64,000 nt of DNA from positions 224,001 through 288,000 of the forward strand of contig CAVYTU010000013.1 of NCBI GenBank assembly GCA_963771465.1. The letters run 5' to 3'. The DNA is from an uncultured delta proteobacterium. Lineage in GTDB: Bacteria > Desulfobacterota > Binatia > UBA9968. The translations under genes and the position numbers were made by a program. This document shows, one piece after another, positions 17,564-28,018 of the stretch (position 1 is the stretch's first letter; every line of letters begins with the position of its first letter). The notes below the pieces were generated by a model that was given only the letters and a program-made list of their open reading frames with translations, was not told where the DNA came from and made no database searches.

Positions 17564-18775
17564 ATGAAGCGAACTAATAAAGTCACTCTGGCAGATCTAC
17601 CTCACGTCGGTCGCGGCACGCCGGCGGGCGACTGGTTTCGCCGTCACTGGTTGGTTGTCGGCACGACAGCCGATTTGCGGGACATCCCTCAGGCTGTCAA
17701 AGTTCTCGGCGAAGAGTTGGTTTTGTTTCGCGACGACAAAGACGCCGTCGGTTTACTCGGCCTACACTGTCCGCATCGCGGCAGCTCGCTTGAGTACGGC
17801 GATATCGAGGACGGCGGCATTCGCTGTCCCTATCATGGCTGGCTGTTCGACGTGGGCGGGCAATGCTTAGACATGCCGGCGGAGGCGGGCGACCGGAGCT
17901 TCGCGCGCAAAGTGCGCCATCGCTCCTATCCGGTTCGTCAACAGGGCGGTTTGCTCTTCGCTTACTTGGGTACGGATCGCGATCATCCGCCGCCGCTGCC
18001 GGAATATCTTCCGCTGGTGAGCGAGCACGGCCAAAGGTCGCTCGAACCGACTCGAGTCTATGATTACAACTGGTTTAACTTCATTGAGAACGGCGCCGAT
18101 CCGGCGCATTTTTCGATTCTCCATCGCGCCGATCCCGACGACGGAACCTGGCGCAGTTGGTTTTTCAACTTTCGCGACATTCCGCCGTTCGACGCCATCG
18201 AGATGGCTTACGGGATGAAGGTAGTGTCGCGCAAACCGGGGCCCAACGTTGAAAGTGAATACGTTGACGAGAAAAGTTTCGCGCTGCCAAGCATATTGCA
18301 AATCGGCGACACGGAGTTCACGCACTTCAAGCAGCCGCGCGAAGCGCTGCGCGGCGGTTCGCACAATGCCCATATCATGTTCGTCACCCCCTGTGACGAC
18401 GAGAGTTTCACGCTCTACACGGTCAATCATTACACCGGTGACGACGCCGAATTCTTTCAGAAACTCGCACCGAGCCGCAAGATCGAGACCCGAGCGGAGA
18501 AAAAACCTTACGACCAGCGTAAGCATGCGCCGTTTCGCGGCAGCGTGCGGACGGAAGACATCGCTTGTCAGGCGACGCAGAAAATTCTCGGCTCACGGCG
18601 GGAACAGCTCGCGACGTCGGATCGCGGCGTGATTATGCTGAGAAAACTGATTCTGGATGATATAGAAGCGCTACGCCGCGGCAGACAGCCAAGAGCGCTG
18701 GCTTGGGCGGCCGAGTATGGTAGCCCGATCAAGATCGACTCGTTTACCGGCGTACGCCCGAAAGGAATATCTTAA
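17564..18775 (+). CDS. Rieske non-heme iron oxygenase alpha subunit (phthalate 4,5-dioxygenase-like)
   Basis: CPHRG/CPYHGW Rieske motif; ENGADPAH...H iron ligands. Confidence 0.93.
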   Translation: MKRTNKVTLADLPHVGRGTPAGDWFRRHWLVVGTTADLRDIPQAVKVLGEELVLFRDDKDAVGLLGLHCPHRGSSLEYGDIEDGGIRCPYHGWLFDVGGQCLDMPAEAGDRSFARKVRHRSYPVRQQGGLLFAYLGTDRDHPPPLPEYLPLVSEHGQRSLEPTRVYDYNWFNFIENGADPAHFSILHRADPDDGTWRSWFFNFRDIPPFDAIEMAYGMKVVSRKPGPNVESEYVDEKSFALPSILQIGDTEFTHFKQPREALRGGSHNAHIMFVTPCDDESFTLYTVNHYTGDDAEFFQKLAPSRKIETRAEKKPYDQRKHAPFRGSVRTEDIACQATQKILGSRREQLATSDRGVIMLRKLILDDIEALRRGRQPRALAWAAEYGSPIKIDSFTGVRPKGIS

Positions 18776-18778
18776 CCC

Positions 18779-19753
18779 ATGCTACGGAGAGTGTTTGGAC
18801 TTGTCGTCCTGTCGATCGTTGTCTGCGTCGGCTCAAGCAAAGCCGCGCCGATGCGCATCGCTTACAGCGCGATCAGCGGCGCGATGTCGTCGCTCTGGGT
18901 GGCGCAGGAAGGAGGCTACTTCAAGCGCGAGGGATTGGACACGGAACTTCTTTACATCGGCGGCGGTTCGCTTTTAATTCAAGCGATGCTGAGCGGCGAC
19001 GTGCCGTTCGCCTACGGGCCGTCGGTGCCGGTGATCAACGCGTCGCTGCGCGGCGCCGATTTGGTTTTGATCGGCAATACCGGCAACAGCTTGGTTTTTT
19101 CCGTCATGTCGCGGCCGGAGATCAAGCAGCCGGCTCAGCTTAAGGGCAAAAAAATCGGTGTGACTCGTCTCGGCGGCTCGACCGATTGGGCGTTGGATGC
19201 GGCCTTGAAACATTGGAACATTGAGCGCGGCCAGATCACCGTCATTCAAACTGGCGGCATGCCCGAGGGATTAGCGGCGCTTTCGGCCGGCGCGCTCGAT
19301 GCGGTCATCCTTTCGCCGCCGAGTAATTTCCGCGCCGCCAAGGCCGGCATGCATGAGTTGGAAGACGTCGGGCAATTGAAAATCACTTTCCCCAACACAC
19401 CGCTCTCGACGACGCGATCGTTTATCCGCACTAACCGCGACACAGCGCTGCGTTTTCTGCGCGGATTTACTCAAGGCTTGCAGCGGCTACGGGCTGATAA
19501 AGAGTTCAGCATGAAAGTGTTGTTCAAATACACCAAGGTGCCCGACGCCGAGACACTCAGCCAACTGCATCAGACCTACGGCGTGCGTTACAGCGGCGAC
19601 CGGATTCCCTACGTACGGCCGGAGAGCATCGACGAGATACTCAAACGGACGCCGGGCAAGGAAGCGCGCGATGCCAAGGCCGGCGACTTCATCGACAATA
19701 GCTTGCTGCAAGAGTTGGACAAGAGCGGCGGGTTCAAAGGTCAAGCGAAGTAA
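18779..19753 (+). CDS. ABC substrate-binding protein, NMT1/SsuA-like
   Basis: Signal peptide; 'GYFKREGLD', 'LKGKKIGV'. Confidence 0.9.
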   Translation: MLRRVFGLVVLSIVVCVGSSKAAPMRIAYSAISGAMSSLWVAQEGGYFKREGLDTELLYIGGGSLLIQAMLSGDVPFAYGPSVPVINASLRGADLVLIGNTGNSLVFSVMSRPEIKQPAQLKGKKIGVTRLGGSTDWALDAALKHWNIERGQITVIQTGGMPEGLAALSAGALDAVILSPPSNFRAAKAGMHELEDVGQLKITFPNTPLSTTRSFIRTNRDTALRFLRGFTQGLQRLRADKEFSMKVLFKYTKVPDAETLSQLHQTYGVRYSGDRIPYVRPESIDEILKRTPGKEARDAKAGDFIDNSLLQELDKSGGFKGQAK

Positions 19754-19757
19754 TACC

Positions 19758-20642
19758 ATGCGCGTCGTCGTCACGGGTGGATCGGGCCGGCTTGGGCAGT
19801 TCGTCGTGCGCGAACTGTTCACCCACGCCCATCAAGTCTCAGCCATCGATACGGTCAAGCCGCGCGAGTGTCCTTGTCCGACTTATGTCGTCGATTTAAA
19901 TAAGGTTGAGCCATTGATCGAGCAATTCAACAAAGCCGACGCGGTGATTCATCTCGCGCGCCGGCGTTTTCCGTATACGGAAAACGGATTTAACAGCGTC
20001 ACGCAGCGCTGGGAGTTTTCTGACGTTGCCGGCGACGCCGAGCGTTTCAATGCGAACGTGGCGATGACCAACAATGTTTTGGCCGCCGCGGAATCTGCGG
20101 GATTGACGAAAGTTGTCTGCGGATCGAGCTTGGCGATTTATGGCCTGTACTATCCGGTGACCGATTTACTGCCCGATTACTTGCCGGTCGATGAAACTCA
20201 TCCGCTGCGGCCGCAGGATGCTTACGGTTTGACTAAGCTCGTCGGTGAGAAGCTGTGCGATGCATTCAGCCAAAAGAGCGGCATGCAGATCGCGAGTCTA
20301 CGTTTTTCCGGTATTTATACCGAAGAGCATCGCGCACTGCTCGCCGAGCGAAAGAACCATCCGACGATCCGTGGCACCGGCGCGCTGTGGAGTTACATCG
20401 ACGTGCGCGACGCGGCGCGGGCATGCCGGTTGGCGCTTGAGACGAATTTCACCGGCCATCAAGCGTTTAACATCTGTGCGCCCGACACGATCATGGATAT
20501 TCCAACCCGAGAGCTTGTCAGCCGCTATCTTTCCCAGGTAAGGGATTTACGGGAAGATTTGGCCGGACAGAGCAGCGGTTACAGTGTCGTCAAAGCCAAG
20601 GCGACGTTGGGGTTTGCAGCAAAATTGTTGATTGAAAGATAA
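19758..20642 (+). CDS. NAD-dependent epimerase/dehydratase (extended SDR)
   Basis: TGGSGRLG, YGLTK. Confidence 0.9.
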   Translation: MRVVVTGGSGRLGQFVVRELFTHAHQVSAIDTVKPRECPCPTYVVDLNKVEPLIEQFNKADAVIHLARRRFPYTENGFNSVTQRWEFSDVAGDAERFNANVAMTNNVLAAAESAGLTKVVCGSSLAIYGLYYPVTDLLPDYLPVDETHPLRPQDAYGLTKLVGEKLCDAFSQKSGMQIASLRFSGIYTEEHRALLAERKNHPTIRGTGALWSYIDVRDAARACRLALETNFTGHQAFNICAPDTIMDIPTRELVSRYLSQVRDLREDLAGQSSGYSVVKAKATLGFAAKLLIER

Positions 20643-20661
20643 TTCGCAGGATGATGGCCAC

Positions 20662-22038
20662 ATGATGGACTTGCATGAGTTTCTCAAAGTTCTCGAAGAA
20701 GAGCACGAGTTGGTAAAGATCAAAGCCGAGGTCGCCGCGCAGCATGAGCTGGGCGCGATCTGTAAGCTTCACAACGAGCGGCCCAACAGTCCGGCGCTGC
20801 TGTTCGAAAACGTGAAGGGCCACAAGATCCCCGTCGTCGGTCAGCTCTTGGCGAGCGATCGGCGCGTGGCGTTGGCGCTCGGGCTATCGCAGGAAAACGT
20901 TTTTGACGAAACCGTTCGTCGCGCTAACAAACCGTTGCCGACCCGGTTAGTCGCGAGCGGACCCTGTCAGGAGGTCGTCTACGAAGGCGGCGATGTCGAC
21001 GTGACTCATCTGCCGCTGTGCACCAACAATCCGCGCGACGGCGGGCCGTACATCACGGCGGGCCATGTGATCTTGAAAGATCCCGAGTACGGCAAAAATT
21101 TGTCCATCTATCGGATGATGCTGGTGTCGAAGAACGAAGTGACAATCCGTTTTACGCCGGGACATGACGGTCACGATTTTTTCAAGAATGCCGAAAAACG
21201 CGGCGATAAGAAGTTTCAAGTCGCCGTGTGTATTGGCGTGCCGCCGGCGGTGTACGTCGCGTCGCAGTTCGAGCCGCGCATCGGTGTTTATGAATTGGAA
21301 ATCGCCGGCGGTCTGGCCGGCGAGTCCATCGACGTGGTCAAATGCCGCACGGTCGATCTCGAAGTGCCGGCGCTGGCCGAGATCGTTCTCGAAGGCGAGC
21401 TCGAAATTCCCGCCAAGACCGGCAACGAAGGACCGTTCGGCGAGTTCTGCGGCTACACGACGCAGCAAGTGCCGGGCGAACGAGTCATGACGATCAAGGC
21501 GGTCACGCACAGGAAAAATCCGATCTATCACAATATCTGGCTCGGCAAGCCGCCCCATGAACATCTCTACGTCGACGCGCTAACCTACGCCGTGGCGGCG
21601 TATCAAGAATTGAAACCGGCCTATCCGGCGCTCAAGAAAGCTTACGCGCCGCCCTGGGGCGTTTCGATCGTTCTCGTTCTACAACTGGAAAAGCGGCTGA
21701 TGCGCCAGGGCATCGTCGACAACATCCTCGCCGCGTCGCTTTATACCCGCAGCGGCAAATGGAAACATGTCATCGTCGTCGATGAAGATATCGTGATCGA
21801 AGACCCCAACGAAGTGCTGTGGGCGCTGACGACGCGCTTTCAACCGGCATCTGATATGTTCGTTATCCCGCGCGGCATCACCAGCACGCTGGAGCCTTCG
21901 GCGACGGCGGAAGGGGTGACGTCGAAACTGATGCTCGACTTGACCAAGAAGCAAAACTTCCGCGGCGAAGTCGCCGAGCCGACCGCTGCGATGCGCGAAA
22001 AAGTTTTGCAACGGTGGCAGGAATACGGCTTCAAATAG
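20662..22038 (+). CDS. UbiD family prFMN-dependent decarboxylase
   Basis: EGPFGEF, VVDEDI, VLWALTTR. Confidence 0.93.
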   Translation: MMDLHEFLKVLEEEHELVKIKAEVAAQHELGAICKLHNERPNSPALLFENVKGHKIPVVGQLLASDRRVALALGLSQENVFDETVRRANKPLPTRLVASGPCQEVVYEGGDVDVTHLPLCTNNPRDGGPYITAGHVILKDPEYGKNLSIYRMMLVSKNEVTIRFTPGHDGHDFFKNAEKRGDKKFQVAVCIGVPPAVYVASQFEPRIGVYELEIAGGLAGESIDVVKCRTVDLEVPALAEIVLEGELEIPAKTGNEGPFGEFCGYTTQQVPGERVMTIKAVTHRKNPIYHNIWLGKPPHEHLYVDALTYAVAAYQELKPAYPALKKAYAPPWGVSIVLVLQLEKRLMRQGIVDNILAASLYTRSGKWKHVIVVDEDIVIEDPNEVLWALTTRFQPASDMFVIPRGITSTLEPSATAEGVTSKLMLDLTKKQNFRGEVAEPTAAMREKVLQRWQEYGFK

Positions 22039-22104
22039 CATTTGAGGGAAATTCCCAACGTTCCAGCCGTTTGGGATCGCGGGATAGTTAAAAGTGAAAT
22101 TGTC

Positions 22105-23334
22105 ATGGCACGGTCAAGTATCAAAAGAAGCAACAAGAAAGTCACGCTCGCCGACATTCCTCATGTGGGTCCGGGCACGCCAGCGGGAGAATGGTTTCGC
22201 CGCTATTGGCTGGTCGTCGGCGTGGCGCGCGATCTCTACGATATTCCTCAGGCGGTCAAAGTTCTTGGCGAAGAGCTGGTGCTGTTTCGCGATGCCAACG
22301 GCCAATTGGGTTTGCTCGGCGAGCATTGTCCGCACCGCGGCACGTCGTTGGAATACGGCGATATCGAAGACGGCGGACTGCGTTGTCCGTATCATGGTTG
22401 GCTGTTCGACGTTCACGGCCAGTGTTTGGAGATGCCGGCGGAGCCCAAGGACAGCAAGTTCTGCCAGAAGGTGAAGCATCTGGCGTATCCGGTGCGTGAG
22501 TTGGGCGGATTGATCTTTGCCTACATGGGCACGGATCGCGACAATCCACCGCCGCTGCCCAATTACGCGCCGCTGCTCGACCGCGGCGGCCAGCGCCAGA
22601 TCGAAGCGGTGCGTTACGCCGATTACAATTGGTTCAACTTTTTCGAAAACTCCGCCGATCCGGCGCATGTCTGTATCCTGCACCGTCATGCCGGCTACGG
22701 CCAGCAGTCGTGGGGCGATCATTTTTTTAGCTATCGGGACATGCCGTATTTCGACTTCGTCGAGATGGACTACGGCATGAAAGTCGTCATGACCAAGCCC
22801 GGCCCGACGCCGGCAACCGAATTCATCGACGAGATGAGCCTGGCGCTGCCGAGCATCGTGCAAGTGGGCGATACCGAATTCGTCCACGCCAAGATGGACG
22901 CGGCGGCGCTGATCGACGCCGGGTCGCAGTGCGAGCATTGGATGTTTGTCACGCCCAACGACGATGAGCACTTCATGCTGTTCACCGCCGACAACTACTT
23001 TGGTCCGGAGGAGAATTTTTTTGCCAAGCTCAAAGAGCTGCGCGCAAAAGAAACGCCGGTCGAGCCCGTGAAGCCCTACGACAAGCGCAAGCACATGCCG
23101 TATAAAGGCAACGTGCGCAAGGAAGACATCATGACGCAGGGGACGCAGGGATTGCTCGGCGAACGCGGCGAGCAACTGGGCGTGTCGGACCGCGGCGTGA
23201 TCAAGTTTCGCAAGATCGTCGTCGACGCCATCGGTACGGCGCTCAACGGTGGCCGGCCGAAAGGCGTGCTGGTCAACGAACGAGCGCGCGAAATGATGCA
23301 ATTGGATACCCAGGTGGGAGTGCGGAATAAATAA
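22105..23334 (+). CDS. Rieske non-heme iron oxygenase alpha subunit, paralogue of 17564-18775
   Basis: CPHRG/CPYHGW; ENSADPAH...H; extensive similarity to the first copy. Confidence 0.93.
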   Translation: MARSSIKRSNKKVTLADIPHVGPGTPAGEWFRRYWLVVGVARDLYDIPQAVKVLGEELVLFRDANGQLGLLGEHCPHRGTSLEYGDIEDGGLRCPYHGWLFDVHGQCLEMPAEPKDSKFCQKVKHLAYPVRELGGLIFAYMGTDRDNPPPLPNYAPLLDRGGQRQIEAVRYADYNWFNFFENSADPAHVCILHRHAGYGQQSWGDHFFSYRDMPYFDFVEMDYGMKVVMTKPGPTPATEFIDEMSLALPSIVQVGDTEFVHAKMDAAALIDAGSQCEHWMFVTPNDDEHFMLFTADNYFGPEENFFAKLKELRAKETPVEPVKPYDKRKHMPYKGNVRKEDIMTQGTQGLLGERGEQLGVSDRGVIKFRKIVVDAIGTALNGGRPKGVLVNERAREMMQLDTQVGVRNK

Positions 23335-23401
23335 TGGATAATGGAGAATTGCTAATTGAGCATTTCGGATCCCAGGCTGGAGGATTAAACGGGAGGAAAT
23401 C

Positions 23402-24292
23402 ATGATTCGTGGAGTGTTGTTGCCGATCATTACGCCGTTCGATGAAAAAGTTCGGGTCGACGAGCAGATGATGCGCCAGTTGGTGGATTTTCACATCAAG
23501 GCCGGTGTTCAAGGCTTGTTCGTTCTCGGCTCCACCGGGCAAGGGCCGGCGATGACGACCGACGAGAGAAAACAGACCGCGGCGATCGCCCTCGATCACG
23601 CGAAAGGTCGCGTGCCGGTGATCATTCACGTCGGCACCGCCGATGCCGGCAGCGCCGTGGAATTGGCCGAGCACGCGGCGGCGCATAAAGCCGATGCGGT
23701 GGCGATCGTACCGCCTTACTACTATTCCGATCACACCGAGTTCGAGATCATGGCGCACTACAAAGCGGTGCACCAAGCGGTGCCGCTGCCAATTTACATC
23801 TACGAGAATCCAAAATACTCCGGCATCTCTATTCCGCCCGGTTTTGCCGTACGGATGAAAGAACAGGTGCCGGCGTTGCAAGGTATCAAAGTCGCCTACG
23901 GCCAAGGCGCGCTGCTGGAATATGTTCGCTTGTTGCCGGATGTGTCGGTCTTTACCGGCAATGCCGATTTATTCGGCCTGGTGCCCTTCGGCGTCGCCGG
24001 CATGATCAATCCACCGACGAGCTTCGTGCCGGAGATTTGCGTCGAATTATTTACCGCGCTGGATAAGCGAGATTACCCGCGCGCGGTGCTGGCGCAAAAG
24101 AAGGTTGACGCCGCAGCGCGCATCGTCGCCGCGCGCCTGCGCAAATACGGCCGCGTGCCGCTGCAGGAAGTTTTTCGCATGCGCGGCTTCGCGGTGAAAC
24201 GTTTCCCTAAATGGGAGACCGAGCAGATGCCGAAAGATGAGATCGCGCGGCTCGAGCGTGAGCTGAGAGATGAAGGCATCCTGGGGCAGTGA
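23402..24292 (+). CDS. DapA/NAL family class I aldolase/dehydratase
   Basis: GSTG, PPYY, catalytic Y (IYENP) and K (GIK). Confidence 0.9.
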   Translation: MIRGVLLPIITPFDEKVRVDEQMMRQLVDFHIKAGVQGLFVLGSTGQGPAMTTDERKQTAAIALDHAKGRVPVIIHVGTADAGSAVELAEHAAAHKADAVAIVPPYYYSDHTEFEIMAHYKAVHQAVPLPIYIYENPKYSGISIPPGFAVRMKEQVPALQGIKVAYGQGALLEYVRLLPDVSVFTGNADLFGLVPFGVAGMINPPTSFVPEICVELFTALDKRDYPRAVLAQKKVDAAARIVAARLRKYGRVPLQEVFRMRGFAVKRFPKWETEQMPKDEIARLERELRDEGILGQ

Positions 24293-24517
24293 AGTTGTCG
24301 GCTGCCAAGAAAAACTCACCGTGAGCCCTGCGATGTTACGAACTGCTGACTGGTCGAAGCGTGGTGATCGTGCCGGACGACCTGGCGCGCCAGGTCAAGG
24401 AGAAGTGGGGCAAGAAGATTCTCAATTGACCGCGACCCGGAAAAAAGAAACTGTGGAAAAAGTTGTCACCGGCCTCGATCAGGCGGGCGCGGTTAGGATT
24501 AAGGTGTTAGGCGCAAG

Positions 24518-25498
24518 ATGAAATGCCATAAGGTTCGACTCATCCGAGCGATGGTCATCGCGGCGATGGCGTGCTCGGCCTTGCTTTTGACTTCGGCGCA
24601 GGCGCAGAAAATTACCATCGCTGTTTCCAATCCCGATATGTCGTTTCTCAGCGGCGGGGTGGCGACGTACCGAGGCTTCTTCAAAGAGGAAGGGCTCGAC
24701 GCCGAGTTGGTGCAGATCAGCGCGAACGTTTCCATCGCCGCGTTGGCCGGCGGCAACGTCGATTATAACTTGATCTTGCAATCGGTAGTCACCGGCAATC
24801 TGCGCGGCTTGCCGATCAAAGTCGCGGGCATTCTCATCGAGCGGCCCAATCACGTTGTCGTGGTCAATCCGAAAATCACACGATTCGCCGATCTCAAAGG
24901 TCGGAAGATCGCCATCAGCTCGTTTGGCTCGGCTACGGATATCCTCGCCCGGTTGACGGTCGAACATTTCAAACTCAATCCGCAAAAAGACGTGCAGTTC
25001 GTCGCCGCCGGGAGCGGTTCCGGTCGACTGGCACAACTGGAATCCGGCCTGGTCGACGCCGCCTTGGTTTCGCCGCCGTCCGATCACGTGGCCGAGTCGC
25101 GCGGTTTTAAGAGTTTGGTGCGAACGCGCGACATCATGATTTTCCCGGTCAACGGTCTGGGCCTGCACGAGCAGAAGCTCAAAAACAATCGCGACGAGGT
25201 CAAGCGCGTGCTGCGCGCGCTGCTCAAAGCGAATCGTTTCATCCTCGACGATAAGAAGGGCGCCATCGATGTTCTACAAAAATGGAGCCGGACTCCGCTC
25301 GCCGTGGCTGAACAAGGCTATGCATCGTCGGTGAGTAATTTCAGCCGTAACCTGCTGGCGCCGCGTGCCGCGCTGGAAAAAGTGATCGACAGCACCAAGC
25401 TCAATATCGATCTCAAGCGCGACGTGTCGCTCAACGAAGTCTTCGATTTCAGTCTCGTCCGTGAAATTCTCAAGGAGATGGGCGAAACGCCGGGGTGA
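24518..25498 (+). CDS. ABC substrate-binding protein, NMT1/SsuA-like
   Basis: Signal peptide; 'GFFKEEGLD', 'DLKGRKIA'. Confidence 0.9.
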   Translation: MKCHKVRLIRAMVIAAMACSALLLTSAQAQKITIAVSNPDMSFLSGGVATYRGFFKEEGLDAELVQISANVSIAALAGGNVDYNLILQSVVTGNLRGLPIKVAGILIERPNHVVVVNPKITRFADLKGRKIAISSFGSATDILARLTVEHFKLNPQKDVQFVAAGSGSGRLAQLESGLVDAALVSPPSDHVAESRGFKSLVRTRDIMIFPVNGLGLHEQKLKNNRDEVKRVLRALLKANRFILDDKKGAIDVLQKWSRTPLAVAEQGYASSVSNFSRNLLAPRAALEKVIDSTKLNIDLKRDVSLNEVFDFSLVREILKEMGETPG

Positions 25499-25500
25499 GA

Positions 25501-25545
25501 TCGTGTTCGTGACTCGTGTTCGTATGCTGAGTAACGAGATCGTGT
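25501..25545. repeat. degenerate TCGTGY hexamer array
   Basis: TCGTGTTCGTGACTCGTGTTCGT directly after the stop codon. Confidence 0.55.
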
Positions 25546-25668
25546 TGAGTGTGATCGATAGGGTGCTGCTTCGGTAGATTCTTCAGTCGCTTCGCTTCGT
25601 CGAAATCACGGAAAGGTTGGCGTCTGTATTTCGACCCAAGTGAGGAATTTTTTGACCGCAACGATGTG

Positions 25669-27897
25669 ATGAAACCTCGAAAAATCATCGGTGTTGCGAC
25701 AACACGCTCCGAAGGCCGAGAAAAAGTTTCCGGCACGGCGCTCTACGCGACCGATGTCGTATTGCCCAACATGCTTTGGGCCAAAGCGCTGCGCAGTCCC
25801 ATTCCCTACGGCCGGATCAGGAAGGTCGACACCGGTAAAGCCGAAGCGTTGCCGGGCGTTCGCGCGGTCGTGACCGGCGCCGACGTAAAGGGCTCGCTCA
25901 TCGGCCGCAAAATTTACGACATGCCGGTGCTATCCGATAGCGTCGTCCGTTTTATCGGCGAGAAAGTTGCGGTGGTTGCGGCCGAGAACGAAGAGATCGC
26001 CGAGGCGGCCGTCGACCTGATCGACGTCGAGTACGAAGAACTCGAACCGCTGCTCGATCCACTTGAAGCGGTTAAGCCGAGCGCAACGCTGCTTCACCCC
26101 GACGTGCAGGGTTACCGTGGTTTGCTGCACGAGATCAAAGCGTCGAGCAACGTCTTCGTCGATATGACCTGGAGCAAAGGCGATATCGAGGCGGGCTTTC
26201 GCGATTCTGACTTTATCGTCGAAAATATTTTTACCACGCAGCCGATGCATCAAGGTTACATCGAGCCGCATGCTTGTGTTGTGCGGGCAAATCCTAACGG
26301 CAGCGCGGATGTCTGGCATTGTTCCAAAGTTCCCTTTGCGCTGCGCGAGCAGGTCGCCACGGCGCTGCGCAGACCGCTCGACGGTTTTATCATGCATCCT
26401 TGCTACATCGGCGGCTGTTTTGGCGGCAAGGGCGACTTCATGGATGTGCCGGTGTGCTACCTGTTGTCGCTCAAGAGCGGCCGCCCGGTGAAGATGGTGA
26501 TGGATTATTCGGAAGAATTCATCGCCGGCAATCCACGCCACGCGGCGGTGATCCAAGTCAAAACCGGCGTAAAAAAAGACGGCAAGCTGGTGGCGCACCG
26601 GATGGATTTCATCTACGACAGCGGCGCCTATGGCGCGTTCAAACCGCAAGGCTATCTGGTCGGACCGAAAGAAGCGGCGGGGCCGTACAAAATCCCCCAC
26701 GTCTTCATCAACGAAAAGATTGTTTACACTAACAAGATTCCCTGCGGTCACATGCGCGCGCCGGGCGAACCGCAAGGATTCTTTGCCAACGAATCGCAAA
26801 TGGACTTGGTGGCGCGCCGGCTGGGTATGGAGCCGATCGCTTTCAGGAAGAAAAACTTGATGCATGACGGCGACATCTCGCCGATCGGTCACGTCATTCC
26901 ACATATCAAGAGCGACGAGATTCTCGCCGAAGCTTTGCGGGTTTCTGCTTTTAGGAAATCCAAGCGCAAACACGTCGGCCGCGGTCTGGCGTTGGCGCAG
27001 TGGCTTCCGCTCGGCGGCGAGGGGCATGGCTTCGTCTCCGTTGGCGCGAGCGGCGAGATTACGGTTGCTACGGCGATGGTCGATCAAGGCGCGGGAACTT
27101 ATACGGCGATGCGCCAGATTGCCGCCCATGAGCTGCAAGTTCCGGTCGACGAAGTTCGCTGTGAAATTCTCGACACTAGCCGTGCCGCCGCGGATACCGG
27201 CGTCGGCGCCAGCCGGGCGACGCGCATCTTCGGCAACTCGGTTCATGCCGCCGCGCTCAGAGTGAAAGACAAGCTGCTCGAAAGCGCGAGCGCGATGCTC
27301 GGTGTCGCGCTCGATCAAGTTGCTCTCACCGGCACCAGCGCGGTCCGGGCGAGCAACGGTGGGCAGGTGAGTTATCGCCAGGTCATTGAGCGGCTCGGCG
27401 CGCCGATTCGTTTTGAAGGCGCGTACAAAAACTTTGACAACGGGCCCCAAGCGGCCATGTGCGTGCAGGTCGCCGAGGTCGAGGTGGACGTCGAGACGGG
27501 CGAGGTCAGCTTGAAGCAATTCACCACGGCGCACAGCACCGGAACCGTGATCAACCCGTTGATGCATCAAGGCCAGATCGACGGCGGCGTGATAACCGCC
27601 ATCGGTTACTCGCTGATGGAGCAGTTGTTGATCGATCAAGGTCGAGTTACGACGACTAACTTCGGCGAAAGCAAGATTCCGTCGATGCGCGACATTCCGC
27701 CGCTCAAAACGGTGATCCAGGAATTCCCCGTTGGCAACGGACCCTACGGCGCCATGAGCATCGGCGAACCGCCGGTGCTGGTGGCGGCCGCGGCGATCGC
27801 CAACGCGGTACACGACGCCGTCGGTGTGCGAATATTCGATCTACCGATCACGGCGGAGAAGGTGCTGCGAGAGCTGAAGAATGGAGTGTTGGAGTGA
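25669..27897 (+). CDS. xanthine dehydrogenase family molybdopterin-binding large subunit
   Basis: LRSPIPYGRI, GGCFGGK, MRAPG, GQIDGG, SIGEPP. Confidence 0.93.
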   Translation: MKPRKIIGVATTRSEGREKVSGTALYATDVVLPNMLWAKALRSPIPYGRIRKVDTGKAEALPGVRAVVTGADVKGSLIGRKIYDMPVLSDSVVRFIGEKVAVVAAENEEIAEAAVDLIDVEYEELEPLLDPLEAVKPSATLLHPDVQGYRGLLHEIKASSNVFVDMTWSKGDIEAGFRDSDFIVENIFTTQPMHQGYIEPHACVVRANPNGSADVWHCSKVPFALREQVATALRRPLDGFIMHPCYIGGCFGGKGDFMDVPVCYLLSLKSGRPVKMVMDYSEEFIAGNPRHAAVIQVKTGVKKDGKLVAHRMDFIYDSGAYGAFKPQGYLVGPKEAAGPYKIPHVFINEKIVYTNKIPCGHMRAPGEPQGFFANESQMDLVARRLGMEPIAFRKKNLMHDGDISPIGHVIPHIKSDEILAEALRVSAFRKSKRKHVGRGLALAQWLPLGGEGHGFVSVGASGEITVATAMVDQGAGTYTAMRQIAAHELQVPVDEVRCEILDTSRAAADTGVGASRATRIFGNSVHAAALRVKDKLLESASAMLGVALDQVALTGTSAVRASNGGQVSYRQVIERLGAPIRFEGAYKNFDNGPQAAMCVQVAEVEVDVETGEVSLKQFTTAHSTGTVINPLMHQGQIDGGVITAIGYSLMEQLLIDQGRVTTTNFGESKIPSMRDIPPLKTVIQEFPVGNGPYGAMSIGEPPVLVAAAAIANAVHDAVGVRIFDLPITAEKVLRELKNGVLE

Positions 27898-27971
27898 AGG
27901 AGTACCCGGAGTGGTGGGTTTGTCCGGACCCATTTCTGCACCATTCCATCACTCCATTACTCCAACTCTCC
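27882..27971. repeat. octamer-based inverted repeat (TGGAGTRN)n...(NYACTCCA)n
   Basis: TGGAGTGT TGGAGTGA AGGAGTAC ... CCATTCCA TCACTCCA TTACTCCA. Confidence 0.7.
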
Positions 27972-28018
27972 CGCCGGTTGCGGCGAATTCCTTTCCCTGC
28001 TAATTCACTTTACCAACT

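Noticed and set aside
22114-23430. 438-aa minus-strand ORF
   Set aside because: Antisense shadow of the second Rieske gene
25930-27813. 627-aa minus-strand ORF
   Set aside because: Antisense shadow of the Mo-hydroxylase gene in GC-rich DNA; no motifs
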